Assembly: GCA_038143065.1 (NCBI GenBank)
Contig: JAYQLI010000035.1
Coordinates: forward strand, 96,001-160,000
Direction: 5' to 3'
Origin: Rhodospirillales bacterium
GTDB lineage: Bacteria > Pseudomonadota > Alphaproteobacteria > Bin95
Length of the DNA: 64,000 nt
A model generated the notes under the pieces. It had not been told where the DNA came from. It worked only from the letters and a program-made list of their open reading frames with translations, and ran no database searches. The position numbers and the translations under genes were made by a program. Of the stretch, positions 63,820 through 64,000 are shown in pieces (the stretch's first letter is position 1; each line of letters starts with the position of its first letter).

Positions 63820-63848
63820 TTAGCACTCTTTTTAGGTTAGAGTGCTAT
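63820..63848 (+). promoter_or_regulatory. CIRCE (HrcA operator)-like inverted repeat
   Basis: TTAGCACTC-N11-GAGTGCTAT versus canonical TTAGCACTC-N9-GAGTGCTAA, upstream of groES. Confidence 0.8.
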
Positions 63849-63854
63849 TTTTTC

Positions 63855-63883
63855 CTTGAACCTCTAAGAGAGATTTCCTATAT
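63855..63883 (+). promoter_or_regulatory. RpoH (sigma32) promoter of groES
   Basis: CTTGAA-N16-CCTATAT, matching the alphaproteobacterial RpoH consensus. Confidence 0.8.
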
Positions 63884-63970
63884 CCCTTCAATCCAAGCGT
63901 GGGTCAGCCTTAATGGTGGACGCATAGCTAGGTTTTTTTTGTTTATAGCCAATTATTTAGGAGGGCTTCC

Positions 63971-64000
63971 ATGGCTGTGAATTTCCGGCCGCTGCATGAT
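63971..64000 (+). CDS. groES: Co-chaperonin GroES (5' end only)
   Basis: AGGAGG RBS, then MAVNFRPLHD (canonical FRPLHD), preceded by CIRCE and an RpoH promoter. Confidence 0.9.
   Translation, partial: MAVNFRPLHD

Noticed and set aside
63690-63820. Very AT-rich stretch as possible origin or foreign DNA
   Set aside because: No DnaA-box cluster or repeats are seen. It is explained as the upstream element of the divergent LLM/groES promoters.
1-64000. CRISPR arrays, tRNA/rRNA genes, IS elements, integrases, prophage genes
   Set aside because: No direct-repeat/spacer arrays, cloverleaf-like sequences or transposase/integrase motifs were found by eye. Intergenic gaps are short.

Overview
Gene-dense chromosomal segment of an alphaproteobacterium, probably free-living. 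The assignment rests on conserved synteny: heparinase-like/purH, tlpA/argH-lptM-lysA, degP-rarA-crcB-rluC-HAD-ATP12, and an RpoH promoter plus CIRCE before groES. About 60 CDS are present, mixing housekeeping genes with many catabolic and redox enzymes. No rRNA, tRNA, CRISPR, IS or prophage was seen. More than a dozen genes are broken by single indels, several at homopolymer runs, which looks like long-read assembly error rather than true decay. The top finding is at 13099-15069 (-). Two short ORFs there are really one UGSC-type selenoprotein (ALAD-U-GSCTSC), with an in-frame UGA followed exactly 11 nt later by a SECIS-like hairpin. It is co-transcribed with a CxxC thioredoxin-like fusion protein of unknown function, and its Sec region resembles the catalytic C-terminus of glycine/betaine reductase selenoprotein B. 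Other notable items are a three-gene Co-type nitrile hydratase/thiocyanate hydrolase-like operon with a split beta subunit, a YhaO-YhaN (Mre11/Rad50-like) pair, a phased four-box operator array before a MarR-EmrAB efflux operon, and an MlrC/M20/CoA-transferase catabolic cluster.
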